From Octopus sinensis (Eukaryota), in assembly GCF_006345805.1 (NCBI RefSeq), contig NC_043008.1, forward strand, positions 58,342,001 through 58,406,000: a stretch of 64,000 nt of DNA. The letters are read 5' to 3'. Position numbers and translations under genes: made by a program. The notes below the pieces were generated by a model. That model made no database searches, was not told the origin of the DNA, and worked only from the letters and a program-made list of their open reading frames with translations. Below are positions 61,950 to 64,000 of the stretch, piece after piece. The number at the start of each line of letters is the position of its first letter. Position 1 is the first letter of the stretch.

Positions 61950-62894
61950 GTAATAAAGCAAACGAAGAAAAAAAACAATTCCTTCAAAGAGATTTAAAAC
62001 ATTCAATTCACTGGCGCAGCAGTTGAATACCAAAGAAAAAGAGGTGTAAATACAAATACAAATATTAAATTAATATAGAGAAATACAATTGACAAACTAA
62101 CAATTTATTTTCATTATAATGTAATATAATATTGTATAAAAAATATAATATAATACAGCATAACAAATTAAAAACACGCACCATATAATGCCAACAATTT
62201 ATTTCAACTTATATACATTAGTTGATTTATAAACAATTCCTGTCTATGTCTACAAATCTCTTCAGGGCTTTGGTTCAAAAGACAGACGAAATTCCATGTA
62301 AAGGACTGTCAAATTGCAAAATACGCATGTCTATGAGCGTGAGCGTTAAAATTCAATTACATAAAAGAGTACAATAAAAGAGCAACAAAATTCAAATGGA
62401 TAAAATAATTAAGTAAATAATATTTGCAACGGACATAAATTTTTATGTATATCTCCAATAATATCAATCGAAATGTATTTAAATTGAAAATAATCACTGG
62501 CCATTTTAATAATATATAATATTATATAAATAAAAAGATTATCAGAATTTTACAGACGGAAATAAAATATGCTAATCCAAAATTTTTATTCTATCAATAC
62601 ATATGCGTATACACGTTCAAATATGGATGATTGCTCAAGAAAAAAATTATATAATATAATGATATAATTGTATAATATAATGATAATATATAATAAATAC
62701 TCACATTTATTTATTGTTATGATATGAATAATATTCTAAGTAACCACCAAGTAAAATATCCCAATTTACTTAGTTTATCAGAGGAAAATACTCCGTAAAT
62801 AAAATAAACAAAAACAGAGAGCTAGGCTAATTATAGACTATATTTCTCAGATAAAGATAAAATAAAAAAATTAACTATAAATAGTGTACCATGT

Positions 62895-62936
<42 letters not shown>

Positions 62937-62941
<5 letters not shown>

Positions 62942-63130
62942 GAATTTACAAAAAAGCAAAAGACGAAGACGGGTGTGTAAACAACAAACAGATGTATTAG
63001 TATAACGCTCGGGAAGTGAGAAAGTCTTTTATGTTTCGAGCCTACGCTCTTCGACAGACAGGAACACAGAAATAAACAGGGTGAGAAAATAGAAAAAGGT
63101 TCAGTGGCTAGCGATCTTTCATGGTGAATG
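62937..63130 (-). mobile_element. Second copy of the 48212-48400 repeat
   Basis: aaacagatgtattagtataacgctcgggaagtga...tttcgagcctacgctcttc is shared, and it abuts (TA)n. Minus strand reads CTGTCGAA-gagc gtag gctc-GAAAC. Confidence 0.65.
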
Positions 63131-63184
63131 CCTGACAGAGAGTTCACACAGGGGAGCTAAGAAGAAGGGGAGAATGAATATATG

Positions 63185-63400
63185 TGTGTACCGTGCGCGT
63201 GTGGGGATGTCTGTGCTTGTCTCCACAAAGCTAGAAAACAGGTGTTGGTTATGTTCCCGTAACTTAGCTGTTATATAATAAGTACCAGACTTAAAAAGAA
63301 GAATATGAAGAAATACAGGTGGTGATTTGTTCTACTAACCTCTTCAAGGCAGTGACCCAGCATGGCCGCAGTCTATTAACTGAAAGAAACAAAAGAGCTG
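63185..63400 (+). mobile_element. SINE family B, 3' half (diverged)
   Basis: cccgtaacttagc...aaggcagtgacccagcatggccgcagtc...actgaaagaaacaaaagag. Confidence 0.7.
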
Positions 63401-64000
63401 AATGTGATATGGAGAAATGAGCTTTCTAAAAGTAGTTTTGAAATTGTTATATTAGTTGTTATAGTTGTAGACATTGTATTATATTTCCCCTACGCGACTT
63501 ACAACTCAAGCCAATACTGTTATTCCGTAATCACTATAGACTATTTCTTCTCCTCACTCGGAAGTTCATTATCGTGAACTATTGATCACGACCAGCAAAC
63601 ATGGTTACTTTCAAGAGGTTATGGTAATACAATACAGATATATTTATCTATACTTATTCCGATTTTCAGCCAATTATTAAACATGAATATTTTCCAGTCT
63701 ATTTTTGAACTAAAGTATCAATGAGGTTTAACTTTTAAACGTTTTGTACAAGAGAGAAGACGAACTTGGATTATTTTACAGTAACTTAAGCTACAATTAA
63801 CTTGTTATTTTCTTCTGCCAAAATATCTCACAATAATAAAAAAAAAGATTTTCTAAACTAAAACGTGTCCCAGTGCTATGGCGTTTATCCAATATTTAGA
63901 TGTGTTAACCACGTGATATATACAACGTAATTATCTTTAAACAGGCAGACAATGAGAACTATCTGAAGCGTAGTTATTGCTAGTTGAAAATTATATTTCA

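Overview
AT-rich eukaryotic non-coding DNA. The SINE, LINE and microsatellite landscape points to an octopus (coleoid cephalopod) genome; this is an inference from repeat style, not a verified match. I found no credible host protein-coding exon, and nearly all ORF-track entries are microsatellite or repeat translations. The window holds about 35 tRNA-derived SINE copies or fragments in several head/tail combinations, decayed RTE, RTEX-like and CR1/L2-like LINE pieces, a Penelope-like (GIY-YIG) fragment, several Tc1/mariner remnants and MITEs, and many (TA)n, (CA)n and (ATT)n tracts. The main unexplained signal is a set of small non-coding elements carrying minimal type I hammerhead ribozyme (HHR) motifs, mostly lying in (TA)n tracts and often folded back on themselves. 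The clearest is an array of about 3.3 copies of a 590-bp unit (18574-20532, minus strand) with one long-stem-II HHR per unit. It ends in a spacer-less palindrome whose centre lies on the predicted ribozyme cleavage site. A diverged homologue at 61 kb shows compensatory base changes in the ribozyme stems, and further HHR-bearing fold-backs occur at 18.0, 37.0 and about 1.0 kb. Ribozyme activity and mobility are inferred, not tested.
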